A DNA stretch of 63,876 nucleotides, filler included, from Welwitschia mirabilis (lineage: Eukaryota), in assembly GCA_051453625.1 (NCBI GenBank). It is 8 parts of one record of this genome, joined end to end, with 100 filler letters (N's around TTAATTAATTAA, not from the genome) between each part and the next. Parts side by side here need not be neighbours in the genome. Positions count along the whole stretch, not along the records: positions 29,842 to 52,246 come from JBOZIK010000001.1; positions 52,347 to 54,692 come from JBOZIK010000001.1; positions 54,793 to 58,102 come from JBOZIK010000001.1; 5 more parts are not named here. One strand, given 5' to 3'. The first letter of the stretch is position 1. Every line of letters begins with the position of its first letter. Below, piece by piece: positions 41,001 through 55,152 of this stretch. Made by a program: the position numbers and the translations under genes. The notes beneath the pieces are model-generated. The model saw nothing but the letters and a program-made list of their open reading frames with translations. It was not told the DNA's origin and searched no databases.

Positions 41001-44000
41001 ATTTGGAGATTTCTATGCGTCACTTTTTTGTGACTGATTTGGAAAATTTCTATACAAGTATAAAGGCATTAAATATTTTTTATTTCTTTAATAAACTATT
41101 CAATAGCTTGATAAGGCTTCATGCTTATAATAAAATCTCTTTAATACTTTAAATAAGGGAAAACCAATGCTCTACTTCTCCTTCTTATAGTCTCTAATAC
41201 TAATCAAGAAAGCATTTTTATTTATTATATTTTATTTCTAAATTACTTCCATTATACCCCTATGTGTAAAGGTGGAGAATAGGTCTGTGAATTACAATAA
41301 ATCCACATGTAGATCTTTCCACTTCATTATCACCTTGAGAGGCCTATATCATTTGGGTTTTAGAATGATTTCAAATTTTATGAGTTCTTTATGATGCTTT
41401 TTGATGTATTCTTAAGGGAAACACCACTTTGTGAGATTAAATCATGAGGGTCAAGTTGGATACCTTGCAAGGATATACCCCATTATAGTTCAAGACTTGT
41501 AAGATTGATGGTAAGCCTCAAAACGTAACATTCTTGTTAAGTAGTAAGATCTAGAGATGTTCCTAATTATACCATTTAAGGGTAAACTACCCAAGTTGAA
41601 AACCCAAATAAATTTTATAAAAGTATCATGTATTTGATTTGTATAAGCCATTTATTTTCAAAGTATAATTTTTATATGAAACTCATTCATCCCTCCCTTC
41701 TAATTTCTTTGATTCATTAGTAGTACCAAAGTGGGTACTCATGAAAAGATATAAAACTATTAAATGAATTGCTATGAAGGGGTCCTTAACTTAATAAACA
41801 TCTAATCTTCAATGAGATAAAGTATGCTTATTAAAATATAGGAATGCTTTTTCACTTTTAGTTTCTTAAGTTTAAAGTGTAAAAGACAATAAAAGAGGCT
41901 ACCACAAATGCCACTAGTATAAGCATCAATAAACCCAAGGTCAAATATAATTGATTCAAGGATGAAAACTATGCCCATGCATTTTATTGGAAGGCTAAGA
42001 ATGCTTTGTCTTATTTCCTTTCATTCATTGAAAAAGTTCAATAGTGTTTCTAATTTTAGCACTGTAAAAGATGTTCTTAAAGATGCTTATGAAGGTACTT
42101 TTATACTTAATAAATCTAGATTACTAGTTTGAACAAACCAATTTGAGAATCTTAGAATGAATTCAAAAAAAATAGTTCATGAGTACTTCACAAGAATGAG
42201 CAACATTGTAAATTCCATCCATGGAATTGATGGAAAACTATTTAAAGATAATGTGACTAAAGAAAATATTAGATCAATTACTCTAGTGTACATGACTAAA
42301 ACCACTTCCATAAAAAGAATTAAGGAATTTTACTACTCTAAAGTTCAAAGAAATCCAAAGTTCTTTAACTACTTATAAAATAAACATAATTAAAGATGGA
42401 ATTGTTAAAGAAAAGACTATGCAATTCAAATCTAGTGATAATAAAAAAAACAAAATGGAAAAGACAAAGCTATTGATGTCTCAGTTAATGATTAATTCTT
42501 CAAATCATTTTGATGAACAACTTACTATCATTTTTAAGTATGTCAAAGATCTTCTCTTAAGAAAAAAATAGAAGAAGAGAAAAGCATCTTAAATCATCCA
42601 GACCTCAATGTAGAGGTAAGGAAAAGGGTAAATCTTCACAATCTACTTTTAAAAATGACAGTTCAAACTTAGAATGTTGGATATATGGGGTTGAGGACAT
42701 TGTCGTTGAAATGCTAATGGAATAACAAATTGTAGATAAAGGCTAAAATAAAGATTTTAGAAAGAAAAAAAAGAAAATTTTTTTCACTAGTTAGGGTGAA
42801 TATGAAGATATCACTAAGGAGGAGGTCTCAAATGATGATTATAAAGATACCCATACTTCATTTATGGCCATTTTCCATGATGCATCCAGTGATGATGATA
42901 AAGACTTGAAACTTGTGAAGATCAAGAAATACATATGGAAGAGGAATATGAGTTAACTCTTTAAGAAAGATATGATTTGATTTTCATAATGTTTGCTAAA
43001 TTATATAAATTATATATTAAAATTAAGAAATTTCTCAAAAACTATGATTTATCTTATAAACAACAAAGGGACTCTTATTTCAAGTTGATAAGCATTAATC
43101 TAGCTCTTAAAATCTGCTACTGGAAAAATAATAAATGAATTAAAGAATGTGAAATAGGGAGTACAAGATGATAAGTACATAAATGAAATATTCACCTAAG
43201 AAAAAGAATATTAAACACTATGTTTGATAAAGGTAGAAGACTAAATGACAAAAGTTGATTAACAAAAAATAAAGCATCAATAAGAAAATCATCAATCAAA
43301 TTGGAAACTCCCTTTTTAAAGTGGAAGTATAAGCTAAGATATGAACATTTAGCTTATACAAATGACATCACTTTCTTTAATTACTATGAAAGGGGATAGT
43401 ATAAATATTCTTATTCTTTAATTTTATTAAAAAAATACACTTATCATGACCAAAAGATTAAAAAATGGGTTATAAAAGTTATGTAAGATAGATACAAGAA
43501 TAAATAAATTTTGAAGTGCTACAACAATTATTTTCTTACTCAAACGACTTTACAAATAGTGAATAAGCATATCTAGTATGTAAATAGGATCACTCTATGT
43601 ATATTATAAGAGATAAATTAATCTTCACTTCTTTAGTGAATTAAGATCATAATGTTACTTTGTTTCATAACAACATTAAATCTTTCATCAGAGGATATCT
43701 TTAGAGGTACCAAGTCCTTGAGGTAAAAGATATATTTTATGTTGAAGTATTGTAATATAACTTGGTAAGTACTACTCAATTTTATGATTGAAATTATGAT
43801 GCTATTTTTTCAAATAATGGTTGTACTATTAGGGATTATAGTTTCAATAAAGTATTATTTGTTGAACATAGAAAACTAAATGTATATGTTATCTCACCCT
43901 ATTATATAACTAACAAAAAATGTTACATGTTTTCTTAACATGATAGGTGATGTAAAAGATTCAGCATGAAAAGCTTAGGCATGTAAACATGCTTCTCATG

Positions 44001-44867
44001 TAAAGTTTATCATACAAACAACTTATGAGGAAATTATTGAATCTTAAGAATTTTGATGAATAAGCTTATGATACTCTTTAGAAGAGAAAGAAAACAAGGA
44101 CAAATTTTAATAAGAAAAATTCAATATCCACTCCTCGTTCTTTTGATATTTTGCATCTTGATTTAGTTGTCCATCTCAAACCAAAAATCTTAAAAGAAAA
44201 ACAATATTATCTTGTAATTATTGATAACTATTCTCACTTTACATGGGAATCCTTTCTTACTCATAAGGATAAGGATTTTGATAATTTTTCTAAGTTGTGC
44301 ATTAGATTATAGAATGAGAAGGTTATCCAATTGAGATCATCTGAGGTGATAATGGTGAATAATTAAGAAATACACATCTTAAGGTGTTTTATGAACAACA
44401 TGGAAGACATCATTAATTCTCTACTCCAATGTTACCATAATAAAATATAGTTATAAAGGTAAAAATAAATAATTAAATGAGATGATGAGAATGCTATTGC
44501 ATGATTAAATGTAACATGTCATTTCCGAATAAAATCTGTGAACACTACATTTTATGTTTCCAATCGTGTTTTAATAAGACAATTTACTACAAAGATTTCT
44601 TACAAACTATGGTATGATAAAACACCCTTTGGAAATTACTTTCACGCTTTTTATTCAAAATGATGTACTCTAAATGACAAAGATCGACTTATAAAATTTG
44701 ATTCAAATATTGATGAAGGTATGTTTCTTAGGCATTTTAGGATTAGCAAAGCATACAGAGTTTATTACAAATAGTTTCTAACCATAGAAGAAACAATAAA
44801 TTTCAACATTGATTATTCTTACATGTAAAATTATTGTGTTCTAGATGATTAAGATCATGGAAAAAAT

Positions 44868-46572
44868 AAATTTGGGATTTAAAAATCCCTTAAGCATAGA
44901 ACACTTCCAAAACTAGAAGAAAATGCTAGTTAGCATGAGGAAATAATCATGAAAATAATTCAAATATTACATTATTATTCTAAAATTTATAGCACTACAT
45001 TTTCCAAGATTGGTGATAATGTCAAGAAGTCAAACCCTAATATATTTTGATCTAACTTAACTTGAGCCTAAAATAAAACATACATAATGCATGTTAGCAT
45101 TCCCGTCACGCATTTCATTTAAATAAACATTTAATAAACAAATGTAGTAACACATAGCTTATAGACATATAGATGCTCACCTAGATCCAAATGATTAACA
45201 AGGGATCTTAGGACATAATCTTCTACACATATAAAGGGAATTAACCTAAGAAATTTACATATGAAAAATAATATCAAAGGGAGTGTCCCATACTACATCT
45301 AATGGTGTAATTTTTATATGTAGTTATGTAAAACTTTAATAAATGAAAGTACTTTATTTCATTTCAGGTCATCTTTTACAATAATAAATTTCTTGATAAT
45401 AATATTAATGGACCCATTTTAAATTAATAATATTTTACAAATCATATTTTAAAATGTTTCCCCCATAAAAATTAATATCATAGAAAATACCAATTGAATG
45501 TGATGTTATCACTACAAATATTTTTAACACAGTTCTTATTAAACATCGTCTAAACATTGTGTTATTCTTTATTTTCGTATTTCCTTTTTATCATAGGTTT
45601 AGAGGTATAGAAATAAATTTTTATGGCTTTAAAGTACCAAAATATTTAACTAAAGATATTAAATCTACTCTTTGTAATGTTTTAGCAATCTCAAAAATAA
45701 AAAAAATATGAGTAAATGAACCTCAAAGGTCTAAGAGCCAAGGCAAAACATTGGTAATAGAAGATTGATGTTCTAGATCAATGATAGGTTCACACTTAAG
45801 AAACTTCTGTTCACTACATTGTTTAGGAAAATGTTTGCCCTTACACCATTTTCCATTATCTTCACTCATAACTCATGCTATAGACTTCTTATTTGATTTA
45901 GATATTCATATCTTTATCATAGTACTTGGCATTTGCATCAACCTATAAAGGGTTTTTTTAAAGTATTGGGATCAATATAACTAAAATAGCATCTCTAACA
46001 GATACCAAAATATATTAAGATGGTCATCCATGGATGAATAATTTAGGATGATGTCTTCTTATGTAATCTCCATCAGATTCCCCTATTAGTTTATCTTTTG
46101 GTTTACCTTCATATTAATTCCAATTTGAAAGGCCAGCATACATTGATGAGCTTGAGATCATAATGTCTATAATGTTCAAAGTAGGATTTGCATTCTTAGT
46201 AATTCCATAGTAAATGTTTTTCATTATATGAAAAAAAAATTTATAAGTATTACTAAGCCTTATAAATGCTAAAAACTATGTGTTATATAGGATGAATGTT
46301 TTTTGGACATGCATCCCAAGATCACTAGGCTTGTTTTTGAATTGTAGATCAACTGAAAACCCTAAGGATTAATATCATCTAGTTAATAAATAGGTACTCA
46401 ACCAATTTATGTGATACTAAATTATGGGATTTAAAAATTCCTTAAGCATGAAATAGATCTAATGCTATAAGAAAATCCTAGGAAGAAAAAAGAAATAATT
46501 GTGAAAATAGCTTAAAGATTATATTATTCTTCTAGAAATTTATATCATTACGTTTTTCAAACTTAGTACTAA
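44868..46572 (+). repeat. ~150-bp direct repeat pair (44868-45020 and 46419-46572)
   Basis: Both begin tgggatttaaaaat(c/t)c(c)ttaagcat and stay colinear for ~150 bp. Confidence 0.8.
45510..46400 (-). mobile_element. Probable CACTA fragment (terminus plus Tnp2-like transposase remnant)
   Basis: CACTACAA at 45510. Minus translation has LVILG, LRMQILL*T, YAGLSNW, HPW...FG, W.K...IDLEH in the order of En/Spm Tnp2 motifs. Confidence 0.5.
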
Positions 46573-49500
46573 CTACCTTCAAATGTATAAAGAGGCACGA
46601 TCAATAGTTTACTTTATCTTACTTCTTTTAGAATAGATATGATACTAAATGTAGAAATATGTGCTTTTTATTAGAGTAAAATTAGGAAATCAAATTTGAA
46701 ATTTGTTAAACATATTTTAAATTATTTAATGATACTATAAACTAAGATCTTTAGTATGTTAAAGACTCCTACCTTAATGTTGTTGGGTATTATGACATGC
46801 AGGTTACATAGATGATAAGGGGAATAAAAGTGGCTATCGTTAATTTCTTGATTAATGCTTAGTAGTAAGGAGTAGTAATAACAAAATTCCATGGCCCTTT
46901 CAACTATAAAAGTAAATTATAGTACTGTGAAAAGTTATTATGCACAAATTTTATAGATGAAACAAACGCTTAAAGATTTTTATATTACCACAGAGCATAT
47001 TTTGATGTACTATGATAACAAAAGCACAATCAACATAACACATAAAAAAAAAGAACTATTTATAAATCTTAAATATAACACATAAATATCTATCATCGTT
47101 TTCTTTGTGATCATTTGTAATGTTGAAACATCAAATTAGAGTATTAAATACAAAATATCAATTTCCTGATATCTTCACAAAACCTCTAGACGAAGTCAAG
47201 TTTAATAAATTATCTAAATATTTAGGAATTGCGTCATGCCCAAATAGGTAAGTTAGAGATACATGCATCCTTATTAACTATACTATTTTAATGCTCTTAA
47301 TTTTTATGTTCTAAATTTATTATACATTATTGTGAGATTCATTATACATTATGTACTGTCTTATGATTTTCTAGGCATTTTCTATGTAGTTCTCTTCCAT
47401 ATAGTAGAAATATTGTATTATTGTAGATCTCACCTTCATAATTTTTTTTTTTAATTCCTTCTAGGTTAAGATGACTTGATTTTTTTCATTTTTGAAGATA
47501 CTTCAATTATTATACATCTTTCCATGTCATAGACATCTTTTATTAAGGATTTTAATTTTTAAATCATCCCTATGTAGTTATCTCCCATGTTATAGATGTA
47601 TTTAAAGCATGTTTTAGAAATATTCAACTTTAATGACATCTATAATTTAATTAAAAAATAAAAAAAAGTGCAAAAGGCAGGGCTGAGGGAGGAGGCGAGG
47701 AAGAGGAGAAGAGAAAATAAAAAAAGATGAATAGTTAAGGTTACATGTTAATAAGCAGTGAGAATCTAGCTAAGATAAACATGACTAACCTTATCATATC
47801 CTAGGAAGGTTTTAGATGGGGATTAAAGATAATAAAAACTTAACTTGAATCAGTACATATCTCTAATTGCTTTTTTTTGGTAATAAATGAAATATCTTAA
47901 CTTACATAATAATAATCTTTGTAGAAAAGAAAGATAAAAATAAATACTTGATTTCAACTTAAATATGCACATAAAAAGAATGATGAATGATACCAATTGT
48001 ATACTAATAATAGCATCTAATCATATTAACAATGTATTAAAGTATAATGAAAAGTCTTGTAAATTAGTTCCTAATAAATACATGAATGGAGGTCATATCA
48101 CATAATAAAAGAAAGCATCATTTTACATTAGTAATTGTGCATGGAATGATAATGTAAAAATAAAATATACTAAATAAAAATATGGAATTTGGAGTGAAAT
48201 AAACTTGACAATTTAACTCAAATCCTTGCATTTAGATCTATTGAAATAAAGAACATAAAAATAAAATAAGTAAAAACAGAAATTAAAAACAAACTATATT
48301 AAGGTACTTAGCTTGAATGTACTCTAAGCGAATTATACCAAAAAAACCACAAATGGGTCACCTATCATGAAACTAAATTTAATATGTAATAAAGAAGCTC
48401 TAAAATCAATAATTTATTATATATAAAAATATAATATAAGAATAATTAAATAAATTTCAAAAGATATTTGCAATGTCTAAACCTCCTTTTCAAATAAGAA
48501 GGGGTTACATTTATAATGAGATTTTATGGAATTATTTAGGAAAATTACAATCGAATCCATGTTAGACCAAATATGGTTAAATATTATTTGGAATTATGAT
48601 TTGTATAATCCTTTTAATATTTTTCATTTTCCTAAAATTGGCTCTCACATAATAGATTGATTGTCTTTATAAGTGTTAAGTCTTTAATCTTTATAGCATC
48701 TTTGTCATAAATAATTTGAATCCCTATCATGTGATGATATGTCTACTAATTTTCTTTGTTGACCATGGATTTTTCCTTATTGTAATGTGAGAAAAAAGTA
48801 ACTAAAACATGCATTATGTCTTGTCAATGGATGATACTTCATCCTATCACATGGCTGTCAATGAACAATATATTTGCAATAGCTCTTATTTCATCTTTTT
48901 TATATGTTATCAACTTTTAAATAAATCATGTTATACTTTTATTGATTATTGATAAATATCTATTACATATGATTCACAAGGTGATAAATCTACACATCTT
49001 TAATTATAGGTATATTTTATTACTAATGCTATTGTTAGGACATACATGAGCTATAGGTCTTCTAACTAAGTGATAATACTTATGAACTAAAAATAGTTAT
49101 TTCTTATATCATAGGCTTGCAAGTCTTATTGTCTAACTTATTTATAGGCTATAACTAGATTGTAAGCCTTATATATTTAATTGTAGATTTGTCTTATTAC
49201 TAGGGCTATCATTGGGCTATAGCTAGGCCATAACCCTTACTGCTAAATTTATCACTCAGTTAGAGTTGTGCTATAAGATTTATCACTAGATTAATCACTA
49301 GACTATAGTTATGCTATAAAATATAACTAAAATATTTGATTGGTAATTAACAATTTTAAATCATGTTTAAATTATGATAATCATTTTAACATTACCAAAG
49401 AATGTTTTCAAGCATTTTAAACATGGCAAACATGATCACATCCATTCCAAAAATTACATATTTATAAATACACTAATAAATATTGTAAAGTTAATAAATT

Positions 49501-51569
49501 TTGTTAAATATTACATTGAACTTCAGCAACTAAACTTTTTATGTATATCATTAATGATTTAATCTATTTAATCCAAATACATATAAAAAATTAATAAAAA
49601 ACTTGGTAAAATTTCATGGTCAATTATTAAATTTATGTAATCATCACTACCATTTTATTATAATTTACTAGTCCCATGATAAATAAATGTATGAAATAAA
49701 AATAAAATAAATGCATGATAAATAAATTGATAAATTTATTTAATCCTACTTAAATGGAAACTAACTATTAATTACAGGAAATGTAGAAATCTAATTAGTG
49801 AATGAGCTCATTTCATTTTAAATTTTATGTTTTAACATTATGTTCATCACATAAGAATGAGTTGTACTTCTTCTTAGGATTATCCAAATACAAACCCATG
49901 ATGATTTTCTAATCATAAGATTCTAAGTTCCGTTCAAGAGTTTTAACACTAGCTTCTAGAAACCATTGATGAACTAAGGAACTAAGTTATAGAAAATTAA
50001 TTTCTTCTTAATGACTTTTTTTTTTTACTTCTAACATGCTCTAGCTATGAAACTAGATCTTCATGTTTTATCATAAATACTAATGATGTTGAGAGTATGT
50101 CTTTAGGAAGATTATTAATCAAAGGAGTATTTATGTTTCTCAGTTATGAAAAAATGCTAGGAACCATTTATTCTTAAAAGAGTAAAGGGGTAATATTAAC
50201 ATTTAGCATATGTGGCAATCAATTCACATAAAACTAGGAATACTTTATCTCATTTTTTGAGAATTACTAACTACTTTATGTAAACGGTAAAGTAAAAATT
50301 TAAGATGAGAACAACTAGAAGTAGAAGATAATTGTGAAATGACAAGTATATAAGCAAATAAGGATATAAAAATATGAAGGGTAATATTAGAACTAAATAT
50401 GTAAAGGTTTTAATGATGGAAGTAAAATTGAAGAGATTATTAAAATGATAGAAAAATAGTTATTATTTGTAAAGCAAGGTAAGTTCTAAATTGCTAGATC
50501 TTCATCATTTTATTGTTAAGATGATTAGAATGTGTAGTATTAAGTAAATAACTCCCTAAGTGCATGTCACTAATACAAAAAATTTAATTACTCTAATTAA
50601 TTGCTTCCATAATGTTGACCAAGTTGACTCATGAATAGAGAAATTTAGTTAGTAAGGTAGGTGATTATGATGAATATCTATACCATTTTAAAAGAATAAT
50701 AAAATATTTGGGTTATTCCCTCTTTACATTTTCCCTTTAGGTATCCTAATATTCATCAAATTAATATTAAAATTTCTAGGATATAAATTTGCTAACGAAT
50801 TATGATGTATAAGGTAGAGTACTACAACATAAGATCCTAAGGAATGAAAGGGTTAAATTAAAAAACAATGGAATGGTAAACTTGTATTGCATTAAAGGAA
50901 CTTGATATTTGGATATGATAACTAACTTAGGTTATAATAAAAAGAGTGTAACACCTAACAGAGGAGTAACAATCCTTATGAAAAAGTCCAAATCATGGTT
51001 AACTAACCTTCTAATGGGGTTCTCATGGCTACCATATTGCATTGAAAAAGATCCCTCTTAAGAATATTTGTCTTAATGAACTTGTAGTAGAAAATTATGA
51101 TTTATTTCTTATTTTATTTTTATCTTTCTTTCTTCTTATTTTTAATTAATATTTATTAATCTCTTCCATGCAATACACAGTATGTGATATGATGAGAAAT
51201 CAATAGAAAAAATTAACAAATTAGTTTATGAAAGAATATCATATTTCATCAAATGCTAAAGCTATGATTTAAAGGAGAAACTACCTCTTTTTATAATTTC
51301 ATACATCTTCAGGATTTAAAAGGTGATACTATTTATACCAATTAACTTAGTACAACCAAGAGATTATCAAGATAATTTATTCTTATATTCTCAAGAGTTA
51401 TAAGATGATAATAAGAGAGGTTTTTAATACACTTATTTAAGTAAAGGTATAAGTTAAAAATGGCATAAGTAAAATGAATAACTTCTAATGAAACAGATTT
51501 AAAAATAAAAGTTTTAGTATCAAGTCATAAGGTTCTTGAATAATTAAATAAAGATATTCTGACTTATTT

Positions 51570-52173
51570 TCATAATATAATTTTATTCAATGTTTATTCA
51601 TAATGAATTAGCTATAATTCATTAGGTTCTTAATCTCATTCTAATTTTCATTGACAACATCAAAACATTCTTCCCATTTGGTAATCAGTTTTCCACAAAA
51701 TTATGTAGTATCATGTTGCAGAGTAAAAATTTATCTCCTAGGTTATTATTCATTGTTAATTAACTAAATTTTATCTCATTTAATTGAGATTATTAACTTA
51801 TAAAATTCATCTTAGAATACTTTCTTCATTACTGAGGTCTAATTTCTATATCAACTTTTATGGCTTTTGTTGAATTTCTACTAGAAATAGGCATTGTTTC
51901 TCATAAACCACTTGATATGGCACATAATCTAAGGAATTTCTCCATTTTTTCGTATATGCTCAAAATGCATCATTTAGTCTTTTATATCATTTCTTATTAG
52001 AAGTAACTATTTTGACTAAAATTCTTTGAATCTCTTAGTTTGAATTTTTAACTTAGCCATTTGTTTGTAAATGATAACTGATTACCATTTTGTACATAAT
52101 TTCTAATGATTTCAATAATGTATTCATGGTTTAATTAATAAAGTAAGATTATTGATCACTAGTAAGTACACAC
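51570..52173 (-). pseudogene. pol: Athila-type integrase C-terminal half
   Basis: Minus translation LNDAF*AY...PYQVVYEKQCLFLVEIQQK at ~51865-51980 and GDKFLL...TKWEE at ~51670-51742. Confidence 0.85.
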
Positions 52174-52246
52174 TGTTGCGGTGTGTATTTGTGCAATAGT
52201 TCACATTTCAATTTCAATCCTGTTAATTATAAATAAGATGTAAAAT
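52174..52246 (-). mobile_element. 3' terminus of an Athila-type LTR at a contig edge
   Basis: tgttgcggtgtgtatttgtgcaatagttca, near-identical to 57980 onward. Confidence 0.85.
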
Positions 52247-52346
52247 NNNNNNNNNNNNNNNNNNNNNNNNNNNNNNNNNNNNNNNNNNNNTTAATTAATT
52301 AANNNNNNNNNNNNNNNNNNNNNNNNNNNNNNNNNNNNNNNNNNNN

Positions 52347-54692
52347 GTCTATGGACTGTATTTTCAGGAAGATACCTTGTTTCTTGTGTTGTTTTTTTCA
52401 ATGGTGGCTAAATCTTAAGTTATTAAGGAGTGTTCTTTTCTATCTTTTACTTTACTTATTCACCTTAGTCTTTCTTAAGTGTGTGATCCTATGGGAATTA
52501 TCTTTTATGTCTATTAAAAAAAGAAAAAGAAAAAAAGAAAAAAAGAAAGAAAAGTGAAAAGCATGATGTCCTACCACAAGTACACCGGGGCAAATATTTC
52601 CGATAGGAGCCTTTAGCAATGTAATATGGTAGCTATGGGAACTCCACTGGGGGGTCATTGGTCATGTTTTACAGGTCCTTACTCCTCTGACAGTGATTAC
52701 ACTTCCCTCATCATGGTAAAAGAAATACAACTTTTATTATTCCCACTTGATCATTTTACTTTTGGAGATTTTAGTGAATTTCTAGGTAGAAATAGATGAG
52801 TCCATTTCTAAGTAACTTTCAATTTTAACCTTTATTATTTTACACACTTAAAACCCTGGATATTGCCATAGTTACTACCCTTTTTGAATAAACTTTATTG
52901 AGTTAATACATTTTGTCATGCATCTTTACTTAGGTAATGTTATGAACTTTTCCTTTAGATTTTGCTACGTTAGTACTTAGAATAGGTAAATATTCTTTTT
53001 CATGTTCCTTGCATCTATTTCTCTCTGCTTTTCTTTTGTTTTTATGTCTATTATTTTCTAGTCATTTTCCCATTTTCTTCTTTTCTTAGGACTTTATGCA
53101 TTTGGTAGTTTTTATTTTAGTATTTCTTGCCATGTTTCAACCTAGATATTCTATTTTCCTTTCGCCATAGTTTTTACTTTTCCATGTGCTTTTTAGCTCT
53201 ATCTTGTTTCAATACTGTTACTTCCTTAATTCTACCCGAGCCTCATCTTTTTGGCTAACATTTATCTTTTTAAAATCCTCTTCATATATTGTCATCCATT
53301 TGGTCATCCAAATAACACTAAAAAGGATGACAGACTATTTTTTTTGACAGTCGTTCTAGGTCTGACGTCTAGACGACTCGACTAGATGATAGTGCATTAA
53401 AAGTAGCATTTTAATCCTTTTTCCTCATTTTTCACTTGTTTCTCATCTTTTTCATTTATTATTTTAAGTGAGGATGATCTCTCTAGCTACTACCAATATT
53501 TTGAACTTGTTCCACTTGATTTCGTTGCCAGATTCACGAGTTTTCACTACATTTGCAAAAATGAGGTATGTTTCTATCTCCTCTTGATTTTTCAATTTTT
53601 TCTTCCATTTTTCAACCTTTTAACATGTAGTTTTCATGTATGTTGTCCAGTTTTTTGTGATCTATGTTTTAGAACTTACGGATCTGATTTTCACTGCGTA
53701 TTTTTCAAGTTATGATCACTTTCGCATTTTACGAGGAATTCTCCTGTTCTTACCTTTTGCACTCGTTTTCTCGCAAACTGTAAGTTAAATCGTAGTGGTC
53801 CTTTAATAAAAATTGATCAATGCGATGTGCTCTACGACTTTACTGACTTCGATTTTTCATTTGAGTACTTTGATTTTTTCTTTACTATGGGGTCCACTAC
53901 ATACACCGTGTTCAGATTTCCTTCATTTTTCTTCATTTCTTTTCTCACGGCTAGGCAATTTAGGACACATTGCATTTTTTAGAGGGGGCAGGACATATTT
54001 TCAGCATTTTTTATATTTTTATCGATTAAGGGGTCATTTNNNNNNNNNNNNNNNNNNNNNNNNNNNNNNNNNNNNNNNNNNNNNNNNNNNNNNNNNNNNN
54101 NNNNNNNNNNNNNNNNNNNNNNNNNNNNNNNNNNNNNNNCATTTTTTATATGTTTATCGATTAAGGGGTCATTTATTGCGCATTCATGCGATGTTTTCAT
54201 CATGTTTATATGGTTCTGCATGACAAGTTTTATGTTTATGATTGAGTAGGCCATGTACACGTAGAACTAGATAGACACAGGCTTCATTTGAGTCAGTAGA
54301 GTAGGTAGCAGGCCCTTTAGTTAAGCCTAAGGTATAGCACGAGGAGCCCATACACCTGCCACCTCGACACGGACGATCTATGAGCATACAGACAGGTAAC
54401 ATTCATGTCGAGAGATATTTCAGTGATTTCATGAGCCGTTTAGAGCCTAAGATTGATCAAAGACTCATAGAGCTATAGATCAGATGGATTACAGATGCGT
54501 AGGGTGCCTATTATGCTTCAGAGACGAGAGAATTCTATAACACCATGCATATAGGGAGGATCCCAGACACACGTGGTCAGCTATAGGATCACATTATTGC
54601 ATATATCTGAGATCATGAGATAGTCATTCTTCCATCTCACATAGCGGTCGTTACAGATCTTAGAGGTCTTGGCAGTTTACATATTTACTGAG
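52347..54692 (+). mobile_element. Ogre/Tat-like gypsy segment: PBS-like site, long leader, extra-ORF remnant
   Basis: tgggaactccactggggg at 52636-52653 vs tRNA-Arg PBS tggcgactccactgggga (15/18). More CpG retained than in neighbouring DNA. Confidence 0.5.
54220..54692 (+). pseudogene. Retroelement extra-ORF remnant (env-like / putative plant transposon protein type)
   Basis: From 54509: YYASETREFYNTMH...AYI*DHEIVILPSHIAVVTDL, fitting the Y..VREFY.N...VRG..I...P..IA pattern. Confidence 0.6.
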
Positions 54693-54792
54693 NNNNNNNN
54701 NNNNNNNNNNNNNNNNNNNNNNNNNNNNNNNNNNNNTTAATTAATTAANNNNNNNNNNNNNNNNNNNNNNNNNNNNNNNNNNNNNNNNNNNN

Positions 54793-54980
54793 TTAGTAAA
54801 TTAGGGTTACATATTTCTTTCTTGAAATCAACTCTTTATTATCCATACTATTGGCCTTCAATGAAATTACGACATTCGAATCACTCCAATTATACTGGCG
54901 TGCTATATTTGTGTAATTTATTTGTAATTAATAGGATTTAAATCAAGGCATGAAATATTGCATAAATTTGCAGTGCAACA
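54793..54980 (+). mobile_element. 3' terminus of an Athila-type LTR with no PBS after it (3' or solo LTR)
   Basis: Aligns with 58790-58977 and ends gcaaca. Confidence 0.88.
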
Positions 54981-55152
54981 GTAACTTCTTAGATATTTTA
55001 AAATTTTCATCATTGAAAAATCCAAATGTTTAAATATTTAAGAAGTGTTAAATATATTACTAGTAACTTAAAAAATAAACAATACATGTTTTCATATAAA
55101 AAATGACTTTAATACTAAGCAAGTGTTTAGATTTAGCTTCATATGATTTCAA

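Larger units (their letters stand above)
41100..47650 (+). mobile_element. Heavily decayed Sirevirus-type copia element, N-terminal RT missing (boundaries approximate)
   Basis: LTR-end motif aactcattcatccctccc at ~41680; weak Met-i PBS 41721-41732; gag NQFENLRM...YFTRMSNIVN ~42135-42215; ILHLDL, IIDNYSHFTW, KAYRVY at 44135-44770; RT end and RNase H (MKQTLKDF, DNKSTI, DIFTKPL) at 46590-47250. Confidence 0.85.

Noticed and set aside
45750..46330. hAT transposase reading of this fragment
   Set aside because: Motif order and the adjacent CACTACAA fit CACTA Tnp2 better, although that call is also uncertain.
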